Translations under genes and position numbers: made by a program
Notes under the pieces: model-generated
What the model saw: only the letters and a program-made list of their open reading frames with translations
The model's database searches: none
Told to the model about the DNA's origin: nothing
In this document: one piece after another, positions 1 through 10,999 of the stretch
Layout: the number at the start of each line of letters is the position of its first letter
Position numbering within the stretch: the first letter of the stretch is position 1
Assembly: GCA_964016885.1 (NCBI GenBank)
Contig: OZ024742.1
Span: forward strand, 376,154,001-376,218,000
DNA from: Eledone cirrhosa
Lineage: Eukaryota
Reading direction: 5' to 3'
DNA length: 64,000 nucleotides

Positions 1-14
1 GGATCACTTTTCGA

Positions 15-340
15 CTGGTCAAGGTACGGCAAAAGCTATTTAACACATGATAATCAGCCCACGGTTACTACTAGCTCGACTCACTGAGCACGCAACTCAA
101 AATTGCACACACTCATGTCATAGCATAAACCTCGACTCACGAGAAGAGAATCTTACGTATGATAATACATCGAGATTCAACTGGTCAAGGTTCGACAATA
201 GTTATTTAACACATGATAATCAGCCCACGGTTACTAATCGCTCGACTCACTGAGCACGCAACTCAAAATTGCATACACTCATGTCATAGCGTAAACCTCG
301 ACTCAATGAAGAGAATCTTACGTATGATGATACATCGAGA
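15..340. repeat. Two-copy tandem duplication, about 166-bp period
   Basis: ctggtcaagg...acatcgaga begins at 15 and again at 181, with only scattered substitutions. Confidence 0.9.
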
Positions 341-1104
341 GAAATAGTCCTCTGTGTTGTCATATCGTAATCCGATACCGTAACCCATCCATCCATACAC
401 AACAGTTCGAAATACATGATCACAACTTTGTATTTTTACAGTTTCTTCTAAATGTTACACACACACATGCATACACAGTTATACTATATATTTTTTTCTC
501 TCTCCAAATTTCTCTACACTCGAAGTATATGCTTGTGTGTCTGTGTCTATATATGTATGTTTACATACATGAATGAATACACTAAGCTTTAAATTTAGTA
601 GAATGTACAACCACTGGTTCCAGCTAATTGCACTATCGTATATTTTGGTTTCTAGTAATTCCCTGGGGAATTGGTTGATTGTTTTATTTATTTAAAAAAA
701 AGATTTATTCTTTCTCTTAGATTTCAGGTATTTTTTGAAAACAAAGCACTGGCCCCTAAAATACTACAGTGGGCCCTGCAATGCTACTGTGGGTTCTTGC
801 AATGCTACCGTGGGCCCCTTGGAGCCCACTTGCCATTGGGCAACCTGGCCAGTCCGCCACTGCCAATAATGCACTGGAGTCGATTTAATCGACTTTTCCC
901 TTCCCCCAAATTATTGGCCTTGTGTCTAAATCAGAAACCATTATTGGCTTGCTTCGAAAATCTCCTTTATTTTATTATATAAATCAGGTGGAAGTAATTT
1001 GGATAATAAAGAGTTGTTATAACCACGCAGTTAAATAAATACTATATTAAAATAAAATACTAAAGTATGAAATAATTTTCATGGCATGTATTTTCGTAAA
1101 TTAC

Positions 1105-1230
1105 CGGACCACATCCCTACTCACTGCTATTGGAGCGGAGTTGGCCGTCCGCAGGTGAGAGCCCCGTGAGGTGGAGTGGCTGTTCCAGGGCGCCGTCCCC
1201 CGGGACGATGTATTCTCCATCATGTCGGTC
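1105..1230 (+). mobile_element. Degenerate 3' coding fragment of a CRE-like (REL endonuclease) non-LTR retrotransposon
   Basis: Frameshifted translation EPREVEWLFQ...VFSIMS parallels the better-preserved copies at 1460 and 2975. Confidence 0.55.
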
Positions 1231-1459
1231 GAGACTCAGAGGTGGAGGGTGGGGGTACTCGTTCGGACGTCAAACATTTACACATATACTTCATATGAAA
1301 ATCGATAGTTTTTTCATGACATAATAACATTAAAACCAAGGCTGGAAATGGTGTAGAATTATCAACAAAACAAGTGGAATGGACCGTCGTCGGTTTCGAC
1401 GGAGAGTGTTCCAGTTGTTCTGCCCATGAAATTAACGTGTAAGTGGCTGAGCATTCAAC

Positions 1460-1674
1460 AGACACGTTACCATAACGTAATTCTCAGGCCTGTGGTTTTC
1501 GAGACGTTTGGAGGAGTCGGGCCGCTGACTGCGAGGTTCCTCTCTTCACTGGCGGCTCGCCTAATAGAGGTAACTGGCGAACCTCGCGAGGGCGCTTGGT
1601 TGTTCCAGCGCATTAGCCTCGCCATCACCCGAGACAACGTTGCGAGTGTGCTGGCTTGTCCCAAAAATCATTAG
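1460..1674 (+). mobile_element. CRE-like non-LTR retrotransposon C-terminal fragment
   Basis: LRPVVFETFGGVGP...GEPREGAWLFQRISLAITRDNVASVL matches the P-x-x-x-ET-x-G ... QR-x-S-x-A-I-x-R-GN C-terminus typical of CRE-clade ORFs. Confidence 0.75.
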
Positions 1675-2319
1675 AGAGGTTGCCCGGTACTCCTCGCAAC
1701 GTTGCTGTCTTTTGCTCTGGTGTTGGCTCCGTTGTCCACCCCTTCCTTTACATTTTCTTTAATATTGCAACATTAAAAGAATATATCCTTCTGAAAGAAT
1801 CGCGAGCAATTTATAATGTTATCTAAGCATTTGTAATGTTATTTATGTATATATTTAAAACATATTTGTTATGTTATTCTACTGTAAATTTATTATTTAA
1901 AAATTATTATTTAAAAATTATTCTCAGGGAAATTCAACGTGACAAGACTGATCCTTAGAATTACAGGTGCAGTCCATCAGACGGGCTTCCAACTGTCTCG
2001 GTTTACCCAATTTCATCAATAAGTGTTCCACTGACCCTTACGATATGATGTGCAGCCGATTGTCGCACTTTGTGGCGAATTGATGGTCGTTTTCGTTTTG
2101 CCCCACCCCCTTTTTTTTCTTTGTTTTGTATGCGTTTATATTTGTTTTTCAACGACATTATATTTGTAATGTTATTCTGAAAGAACTGTGAGTAATTTAT
2201 AATGTTATTTATGTATTTGTAATTATATTTATTCATAAGATATAAACCAACCCAATTCGGTCTTGTGTCCTTTGCAAAATAAAATTGCTTTCTACGTCAC
2301 GCATTTTGTAGTTGTGTTT

Positions 2320-2332
2320 GTTGCCAGGCAAC
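2320..2332. promoter_or_regulatory. RFX-binding X-box in the putative promoter of the IQCH-like gene
   Basis: GTTGCC-A-GGCAAC perfect palindrome fitting the X-box consensus, 83 bp upstream of the ATG; an ACGTCA CRE-like half site lies at about 2294. Confidence 0.7.
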
Positions 2333-2415
2333 AGGTTGGTGGACGATAATGAAAGTTCCTGCTTGAGGCTGCTAAGGACTAAAAGTTTATTATAGAAAAA
2401 AAAAAGAAAAAGAGA

Positions 2416-2457
2416 ATGACATCAACACACAAAAGCATCAGTGATATTATAGTCCAG
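2416..2457 (+). CDS. IQCH: IQCH-like gene, coding exon 1 (MTSTHKSISDIIVQ)
   Basis: ATG in A-rich context, 14 codons, donor CAG|gtaatt, phase 0; joins exon 2 in frame and resembles the remembered IQCH N-terminus (...VGSILIQ). Confidence 0.7.
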
Positions 2458-2629
2458 GTAATTTCTATATATCTTTATTTACAATAAATTAACGTTTATT
2501 ACACCTGTGTTTATGTAAACAAACAAAAAAACATGATAACAAACCACATTGTTTTTATTTATCTAAATACCTTCCGTTATACACTGGGATAATTGCTGGC
2601 CTTGTGCCAAAAGTAGAAACAATTATAAG

Positions 2630-2780
2630 TTTACGGTCTGAGTTCAAATCCCGCCGAAGTTAACTTTGCCTTTTATCCTTATGGGGTCGATAAAATAAAG
2701 TATCAGTAATGCACTGGGGTAAATTTAACCGACTTTCTACTCGCCCCAAATTGCTGGCCTTGTGTCTATAGAAATCATTA
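2630..2780 (+). mobile_element. tRNA-derived SINE, 5'-truncated
   Basis: B-box-like gagttcaaatccc followed by the tttgcc...atcctt...ggggtcgataaaataaagta core shared with copies at 3717, 4785, 34580 and 58975. Confidence 0.8.
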
Positions 2781-2974
2781 TTGACTCCCACTGTTCACGT
2801 AAAAACATTTGTTTTGTTATATTTCAAATATCAGCTTAATAAGGAAAAACTAGTTATTCTAAATTTATATAACGGATAATGAAAAACTAATTAATGATTT
2901 ACAAAAGAAATAAACCAACCGAAATTTCTAAGGGTAAAGGGTAAATTTATCCCTTGCTCCTGAACAATCCGGCT

Positions 2975-3360
2975 GGTTTCAGAATGGAGGGGATTTTGAC
3001 TCTGATTTTGGCCCCTAGCTCAGTATGGGATCAAGGGACTTGCTACATCATTAAACAAACTTATACTACTAAATCCCCCCAACTTAGTTGCTTCAGCCAT
3101 AAACCTCGGTACTGCGGTCCGCCATGCAGAGGAAAGGAAGATAAACAAATACCGGGGATTGTCCGGTCACTTCCTCTTCGCACTGGTCACTGTCGAGATC
3201 TCAAGCGTACTCGGACCCCGTACTGCTGAGCTCCTCCACAAGATCGGGACGTCAGCAGCCCATCTGAGGAAGGAGAACCCGCGAGGTGGGGTGGCTGTTG
3301 CAGCGGGTGTCGCTGGACATTGTTCCCGGAAATACTTTTGCGGTCTTGTCCGCGGGGCAC
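2975..3360 (+). mobile_element. CRE-like non-LTR retrotransposon 3' fragment, frameshifted
   Basis: HAEERKINKYRGLSGHFLFALVTVEISSVLGP...ENPR / EVGWLLQRVSLDIVPGNTFAVLS. Confidence 0.75.
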
Positions 3361-3716
3361 AGACATTACCACCGCGCCCTACGCCCTACCTAGGGGTCTC
3401 CAACAATCCTCCCCCCTCCGCTCCGCTTATTAAATTTTGCTAATCCATCTCCGGTGAAATTTTATTGTAAGTCGTAGCATTCCTGCGACAATTTTCTTTA
3501 GACATTAAAAAATATTACACATGACAAAAAAAGTAGATTACTAGAAATCCCATACGTTATAAAATAAATAGGTTGGGTTGGGTCTTAATATCTAAACTAA
3601 ACAACTAATTCTGGTTAAAAAAAAAACAACAACGGAGACAAACTAGAAAAATTATCGACAAACATGACAACCCATTGTGTATTTACTGAAGTCTTTCATT
3701 AAGTTTTTATATATTA

Positions 3717-4000
3717 GGCGGTGAATTGGCAGAATCGTTAAGGCGTTGGATAGAATGCTTTACGGTATTTATCCCACCTCATTGCATGCACTGAATTCAA
3801 ATTCCACAGTGGTCAACTTTACCTTTCATCCTTTCTAGGTCGATAGAAAAAGTACCAGTCCAGTACTGGGGTCGATTCCTTCCTCTATAGAAAAGAGCGG
3901 CTGTATTCAGACCTGGAGATGGTTGGGCTCCGCCAGTTTTAAAAGTGCCCTAGACACACCGTTTGACGGTGCCTCTACAATTCCACAAGGAATTATGGAA
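3717..4000 (+). mobile_element. tRNA-derived SINE with extended stem-loop tail
   Basis: ggcggtgaattggcagaatcg head, gaattcaaattcc B-box, shared core, then a tail of about 120 bp ending in the hairpin aattcc-acaa-ggaatt. Confidence 0.8.
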
Positions 4001-4017
4001 TCTTTATCCTTATCCTA

Positions 4018-4405
4018 TCATCATCATTCATCATCATCATCATCATTTTACGTCCGCTTTTCCCTACTTGCAAGGTTGGGACGATCCTATTTCAGCACAG
4101 CATCTCTTCACTTGTCACTGTCCTTCGTCATCTCCTCCGTGAGCTTCAGCGATCTGAGGTCTGCTCTCACCACCTCCGCCCATGTTTTTCGTGGTCTTTT
4201 TCTACTGCGTCTTCCTTCTACTGGGATTTCTTGGCACTTCTTTACCCAGTGGTCATCCTCCATGCGCATCACATGTCCATACCATCGCAGTCTTCTCTCC
4301 CGCACACCACAACTTATCCCTCTTATGCCCAGTTTCTCTCTCAATTCATCTATGCTTGGTCGTTCACACACATTGACATTGCACATCCAACGGAGCATGC
4401 TTGCT
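4018..4405 (-). mobile_element. RTE-clade LINE 3' fragment (short-UTR subfamily)
   Basis: MLRWMC...RRLRWYGHVMRM...RPRKTWAEVV with a (GAT)n tail; nearly the same as 47410-47928. Confidence 0.9.
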
Positions 4406-4784
4406 TTATTTCTCTCCTATATATATTTGAAATAAGTAATTCCCCAACATCTTAGAGAACATTGTACTATTGTTGTTGCTGTTGTTGTTTGTCTTTCCAA
4501 CAAATATCCTAATTAAAATTTTACAATAATTAGAAAGGCTATTGGTTAATATATAACTATCTTTATTTATAAGAGAGCTATATTTTTAATTAACTCCACT
4601 TCTCATCTTTAAATATTTCTTTATTAAAAACATTCTATATATTACCATATATGGAATCTTCCTCATATTATTTATTAATTTGCTGGTTTTTGTTACAATT
4701 CCAGAAAACCGTTTTTTTTGGTTTTTGTTTGTCAAATAGGAAACTTGTGGGATATTTTATTTCCAGGTTAAAATTACATAAAAA

Positions 4785-4970
4785 TAATTGTTTCTACTTT
4801 TGGCACATGGCCAGCAATTACCCAGTGTATTACTGGTACTTTATTTTATCGACCCCGTAAGGATGAAAGGCAAAGTGAACCTCGGCGGGATTTGAACTCA
4901 GAATGGCAAGGGCCATAACTCTATGCGTCAAAGCATGGTGTCCGACCCTCTACCGATACTGCCAATCCAA
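4785..4970 (-). mobile_element. tRNA-derived SINE
   Basis: Reverse complement of the SINE at 58975-59165 (ggattggcagtatcggtagagggtcgga...gtagaaacaatt). Confidence 0.85.
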
Positions 4971-5964
4971 AAATAATACGGAAAAGCAAGCAAGAGAAAA
5001 AATGTTAGCTATCTGTTACTCATCTACTAATATATAATATGCTTGTGTTTTTGTCTGTCACATGAGATGACTGATGAAGAAAGGGGAGATGACAAACTGA
5101 TAAAGGAAGGGGTGATAACGTTGACTGAGAAAGGAAGGGATGATAATGATAATGACTTAGGAAGGAAGGGGTGATAACGTCAACTAAGAAAGGTTTGTAT
5201 GTATGTATCACTTGTGTGAGTGAGTGCGAAGGAACCAACCAACCAACCAACAAACAAACATCGCTTTTTTTTAATATTATGTATACATATTACAATTAGC
5301 CGTCATTTTTCATGGTGCATGGCCAGATAGTATATATATATTATCATTTAATGTCCATTTTTGCTGTTAATAAAGGTATATTTATATATATATAGGTATA
5401 TATAAAGTTACTATAGACTACCCAAGCAAACACCCCAACCATCGATTACCTGTACTAGACACAGAGCTCTAGTTAGATACCATTAATAACAAAAAACAAA
5501 TCCTCCATTCCCATTATGCCAAACCCATGACTTCCAAATATCTGATCCACCGAAACTCAACTGTTTCGGACCATACCAAAATCAACATACTGATTGCGGA
5601 TTTGGTACGGGTGATGAGAAACGTGTCCCGCATGTGCAACCACAAAGAACTAGAGAGACACATACAACACTTCATCCACCGTATGCAGTTCTCTGGTTAC
5701 AATCAGAGAGATAAAATCACAGTATATAGAGGAGCCAGAACCAAATGGGAAAATATGGTAAATAATGATACAAATGGGACCTGCCCCTTGTATAGGAGCA
5801 AATTTTCGAATAGAATAGAAAGAACTAGGAATAAGGTTAATAGAATAAACTCATGGTGTGATAGCAATAAATACCAGAGTGTAATGTTCATCAATACAAC
5901 CCCTAGAGGTGAACTAGCTTACAAATTTAGAAGGGCCCTAGATAAACATAAACTCAATATTAAG

Positions 5965-6192
5965 ATAGTAGAAAGACCAGGTACCTCCATAAAAACACTT
6001 ATTAGCAATACATACCCTTTTCAAAGACCTCCCTGTATAGATAGTAGAAAGACCAGGTACCTCCATAAAAACACTTATTAGCAATACATACCCTTTTCAA
6101 AGACCTCCCTGTATAGATAGTAGAAAGACCAGGTACCTCCATAAAAACACTTATTAGCAATACATACCCTTTTCAAAGATCTCCCTGTATAG
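5965..6192. repeat. 76-bp unit x3 inside the Penelope ORF
   Basis: gaaagaccaggtacctcc at 5971, 6047 and 6123; the expansion breaks the reading frame. Confidence 0.95.
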
Positions 6193-6755
6193 ATAAGAAA
6201 TGTATAATCTGTAAACTAAGCCCCCATATTAACTGTAAAACTAGAAATGTAGTATATAGCATAAGATGTACTGAAGGACAATGTAGAGATAAGAATATAG
6301 TGTACATAGGTGAGACAGCTTGTAGTATAGGGGAACGGATAATGAACACTGGCGAGAGCTTCAAGATAGTAAAGAATCATCTGTACTCCACCAACATGCT
6401 AAAATAGAACATAAGGGTAAATTAGAGAACATAGAAATAAAAATAGAATCTACACACAGAAAAGACGGAATGATTAGACACATCACAGAGGCAATAAACA
6501 TAAATGAACTCCAACCAAAATTAAATAGAAAACATGAATGGAATAGCAACATCGCAACTTACAATTAAGGAGAAAATGAAAACACACGCACACATAGAAC
6601 AAACAACCAACCAGTAACATGTAAATAAACAAATATAAACACACACAGACACCCAGATGTAACACATGCGCAAACTAAGCACACAACATACACAAAAACA
6701 AGATGGCGTAGGACAGAACAAAGGAAAGGCACAAAAACAAAGAAAAGAATCCCCA

Positions 6756-6798
6756 GTCACTGAAGAGGTCACAGAATGTGTGACGAAAGAACTTTGAC
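6756..6798 (+). ncRNA. Type I minimal hammerhead ribozyme in the Penelope pLTR
   Basis: gtca-CTGAAGA-g-gtcaca(gaatg)tgtgac-GAAA-gaac-TT-tgac; stems I and II pair perfectly. Confidence 0.75.
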
Positions 6799-6974
6799 AA
6801 TATATGAACAATCGTCTGGTTGTGGAACCAACCAACCAACCGGAAATTTATAAATTCTTAAATTTATAAATTTAATTTATAATAAATTGAAGTGAAAGCA
6901 TGGTGCGTGTGTTTCTTATTGGCAACATGACCCTCCCAAAGTATAACAATATATATAAAGTTATATACATATAT

Positions 6975-7258
6975 CTAAGTCTAAAGTCTGTCTTAAGCCA
7001 GAAGGCTCATTTGGCCGGTGCTTATCCCAGTTCCATAGCGTGAAGCGACTGAGAGTACAAGACTCCCCCGGACAGGACGCCAGTCAATCGCAGGGTTAAA
7101 CCTCCAGTTATTGTTGGTACTCATTTCCAGCTGAGTATATTGGAGCAACGTGAAATGAAGTGTTTTGCTCAAGAACACAACACGCAACCCAGGAATCGAA
7201 CCCACGACATTATGATTGTAAGTTCAACACTCTTACCACTAGGCCACGTGCCTCCACT
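6975..7258 (-). mobile_element. tRNA-derived CORE-type SINE
   Basis: A-box tggcctagtgg, B-box ggttcgattcc, CORE-like gtgttcttgagcaaaacactt, then cctgcgattgactggcgtcctgtcc. Confidence 0.8.
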
Positions 7259-7277
7259 ATATATATATATATATAGC

Positions 7278-7835
7278 TATAGAAAAAGGTGCAGAGATCT
7301 CAGAATTGATGGAAGCTGTGAAATGGGGAGACCCAGGAAGATTTGAAACGACGTGATAAAAGCTGAACATGCCCAGTTGCACCTCACAAAGGCGATAACA
7401 CAGGACCAAAATCTCTGGCATTATGCAGTATTTCAGAAGACCAGACCTCCCACAGGCACATAAAAAAATATGTACGACCCCACCTCATCCACTCCCATAC
7501 ATCTCCCATGAGGACTGGCTGAAGCATACATCCAGTGAAACCTCCAGTCCACATTGTATGGTGGTTGTGTAGGTGTCATGACAAAAAGCACCCAGTCCAC
7601 ACTGTAAATTGGTTGTGTAGGTGTCACAACAAAAAGCACCCAGTCCTCATTGTATGGTGGTCGTGTAGGTGTCATAACGAAAAGCACCCAGTCCACACTG
7701 TAAATTGGTTGTGTAGGTGTCACAACAAAAAGCACCCAGTCCTCATTGTATGGTGGTCGTGTAGGTGTCATAACGAAAAGCACCCAGCCCACACTGTAAA
7801 GTGGTCTTGTAGGTGTCATGACAAAAAGCACCCTT
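7278..7835 (+). mobile_element. RTE LINE 3' end with about 6 copies of the 48-bp UTR motif
   Basis: KRCR...GRPRK ORF end, then tandem gtgtaggtgtca..acaaaaagcacccagtc units. Confidence 0.8.
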
Positions 7836-7859
7836 GGATAGTCAGGAAAACTTGAACTG

Positions 7860-8110
7860 TTAAGGTATATTCTCCTTGGTTATGTCAAAATTTATAAAAC
7901 ACACTTCGTATTTTATCTGATGAAAGCGTACCAAAGTTTTGGTACCCTTGAAATATATATAATAGAATAAATATGGTTTTATAAATATAGTTTCCATTTA
8001 TTTAATATCATTGTATATTATACTCCAGAAACTTGTTGAGTGCTCTGAATCAGTTATAAACATTTATATTTGTTGAATTACCAACAAATTGAATATCCCT
8101 TCTGCTTATA
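7860..8110 (+). mobile_element. Solo Penelope pLTR related to the element at 39672-44385
   Basis: Shares aaatatggttttataaatatagtttccatttatttaatatc and ttgttgagtgct with the reverse complement of that pLTR; ends in (TA)n. Confidence 0.8.
7908..7969 (+). ncRNA. Type I hammerhead ribozyme
   Basis: tattttat-CTGATGA-aagcgtaccaaa(gt)tttggtaccctt-GAAA-tatata-TA-atagaata. Confidence 0.8.
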
Positions 8111-8884
8111 TATATATATGTATGTAGATTACTTATGAGCAAGACAAGGTCAGCCGACCTAACATTGCCCACAACAGGACAACCCGTCTAACCCATGCTA
8201 GTGTGGAAGAATTGACGTAAAATGGTGATGATGATGATGATGATATGTAGAATACTTAAGAACTAGAGAATGTTAGTTATGTTGTAAGCTCTGTAATTAA
8301 GCTCTCAGGGAGTTTAAACCACCTCAAACAGTTGAGTCAATCATATCTAATCTACTCCTACTTGTTGGTCTCGTTGCTCTCTCTTAGTTTAGCAATCTCT
8401 GTTGTATCACTAAGTTACAAGATATCACAACCAACTTAAAACTAATTGAAATACCAAGACATGGTCCCAGGTGTACATCACCATCATCATTGTCACCACC
8501 ACCATCATCGTTATCACCACCACCACCACCACTATCTACTGTATAGTCAGCAGAAATAAAACAAAATTTTGTTGACCAGTAAATATAATTGTTTCTACTT
8601 TTGGCACAAGGCCAGCAATTACCCCAGTGAATTACTGGTAATTTATTTTATCGACCCTGTAAGGAGTTAACCTCAGCGTTAACCTCAGTTAACCTCAGCG
8701 GGATTTGAACTCAGACCTCAAAGGGACGTAACTCTATGCTGTAAAGCATGGCGTCCTAGCAATGACTATTGTTTTCTGGTTGGCTGCACATTTGCTACTT
8801 GTCACACACCACTGCTTCTGTTCTAGTTACCATCATTGAGTAAACAGTCTCTCAGTGGTAGGGATTTCTAATTTAGGCACAAGG

Positions 8885-9185
8885 CCAGCAAAGGGTGGAA
8901 GAACTCATAAGAGTCAACGGCCATCCAAAAGTGTGTAAATATGTATATACACATGTACCGCGCGGTTAAACCACTGGGAGTGAAGAACCCCTAGCCCTTG
9001 TCAGGGCATTCTTCTAGGAGAAGGCAACTCAAGAAACTGGGATAACTCCGATATAAAACCTGCGGCTCAGTAGTTACCGATGATGTTGATCTTTTCTTCT
9101 TTTCGGGTTATAGCTACTGTCGCTCAGAGAGTGGGATTGGCTCAGTGCACAGTCTTTCCTCACTTTAAAAAATATCTTCATTGCA
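8885..9185 (+). mobile_element. Dispersed repeat resembling an RTE-clade 5' UTR
   Basis: Homologous to the reverse complement of 53040-53300; contains ctaggagaaggcaactc, like the conserved RTE 5'-UTR motif as recalled. Confidence 0.5.
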
Positions 9186-9310
9186 CGATAGAATTAATTA
9201 ATAATTATTAATAATGGTATATCATGCAATGGCCATACTCGATAACGAGGGGGCAGCCATCATGTATGTATGTATGTATGCATGTATATATATATATATA
9301 TATATATATA

Positions 9311-9520
9311 ACTACACAGCCATTTCTATTCTCCATACATTTTCTTCCTCTTCCTTCCTCTTCTCACTTTTATCTTTTATTTCTAACTCTATCTTCTGAT
9401 GAAGGACTAGTGTCCGAAACATTAAGACTCTTTTCCTGTTATTTAAAGTGTTAAACTAATATATTTCTTCAATGTACTGTGTCGTTTGCTTTGTTATTTC
9501 TGTTTACTTTTTACATACAT
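9311..9520 (+). mobile_element. Putative solo pLTR or non-coding ribozyme element between TA tracts
   Basis: Pyrimidine-rich 210-bp unit with a central hammerhead motif, bounded by (TA)n. Confidence 0.55.
9392..9427 (+). ncRNA. Minimal hammerhead ribozyme motif, possibly decayed
   Basis: tctt-CTGATGA-a-ggac(tagt)gtcc-GAAA-ca-TT-aaga; 'ca' is plausibly a CpG-decayed 'cg'. Confidence 0.65.
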
Positions 9521-10999
9521 ATATATGGTAGTGCTGATGCCATTATAAATTGCACCCAATACTCTCTGTAAAGTACCCCTATAAAATGCACTGTAAAGTG
9601 GCATGGCTGTTGCTTTGCTCTCATTTATGTTACCACCCACTATAATAATTATGATATAATGTGGTGCTGATCTTGACATTATGAATAAAATATCTTAATT
9701 TCATCCTTGAATGTCGCAAGTAATGACTAAAAGTGTTGATGCCACATGGGGTCCCACATGGCTAAGTCCTGCCTCATGAGGAAAAATGGCCTTGACCATA
9801 TTACCATATTTCTAATGGAAAACACTTTATTTGAATTAATTAGAAAAGAATTTATTAAACCATTGATTCAAGCTATTCCTACATATAGAAATAGAGAGAA
9901 AAGTGTCATCGGAGCGAGTGTCCTCCACCTCCAACTATCTTACACTCCACCCATGGATCCAGGCTAACAGGATGTTGAAGGAGACACGCTGGGACAGCCG
10001 TTTCACCCTTGCAGGGCTCACAATTGCTGGTGGCCAACTCTGCTCCAATAACAGTAGGGATGTGGTTGGGAACCAAGAATGCTGGAAGTCTCCACAGAAT
10101 TGATTGAAAAAGGACTTGGAAAGATGTGCAAAAAATATTAATTATTTCCTTATTAAGATGGTATTTGTAACATAACGGTTCTTATATCAAGTTATGTTGG
10201 AAGATTCTAATTTAGATAGGAAACCAGTAAAGTGGGTGGTTTTCCTTCATCGAAGCTGGGGCAGGTTGATATCAAAAGTGTGAACCCTTTTGTTACCAAC
10301 CTGGCCAAAACCAGCTCTGGTTCTATGATATAAAATCACCCATTTTAAAGGTTTCCAATTTAAATTAAAATTTTCCAACATAATTTTACATAAGAACCTT
10401 GCATTAAGTTACTATCTTAGTAATGAAATAATTTTAGTAAATCCCTCAAAATTCTTCATTAATTAATTGATTGTATTTGATGAGAAATGCAGTAAAAATA
10501 ATAATTGTGTACAGTGCTCAGGTGCACTACAACTCATCAAAGGTGCATGTATAGTACATAGAATAATGTACAGAAGCCAGGAAAGTGAAAAGTGTATAAG
10601 TCATGAAATACATGTGTGAGTGTGTATGGAGAAGGAATATCAGGCATAGTGTTTGTGAACTTGAGGAAGCATGGATGATTTGAAGGATGCAGTGTCCCAA
10701 CAGCTAACAACTTAATTTTGTTGTAGAATATTTTAGAAACTCCTGTTTGTATCAATTTCACTTCACATTTGTTGTGCCTTTAGCAAAGATATGTCAATAC
10801 ACAATTTTATTGATTTTAATAATTAGAAAATAAACAATTTCATATTGAATATTTCAGTTGTTTTAATCAATTATAAAAAAATGTTAAAAGCCACCGCAAG
10901 GGCCTTGTACCTAATAAAAAGTGTAATACTTAATTAGCAATATAATCATCGTTATTTTCAGTATTATCATATCATCATCATTGTCTCCATAATCGTTCT

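Larger units (their letters stand above)
5405..6960 (+). mobile_element. 5'-truncated, decayed Penelope-like element (RT thumb + GIY-YIG + 3' pLTR)
   Basis: LPVLD..., HYAKPM..., then CKTRNVVYSIRC...IVYIGET GIY-YIG motif; stop and frameshifts; hammerhead motif downstream; TA-rich flanks. Confidence 0.85.

Noticed and set aside
320-395. First exon of a divergent minus-strand gene (ATG at 363, gtaaga donor-like site)
   Set aside because: Too short, overlaps a tandem duplication, and has no recognisable homology
7180-7258. tRNA gene
   Set aside because: A and B boxes are present but there is no proper cloverleaf, and the sequence continues into a SINE body
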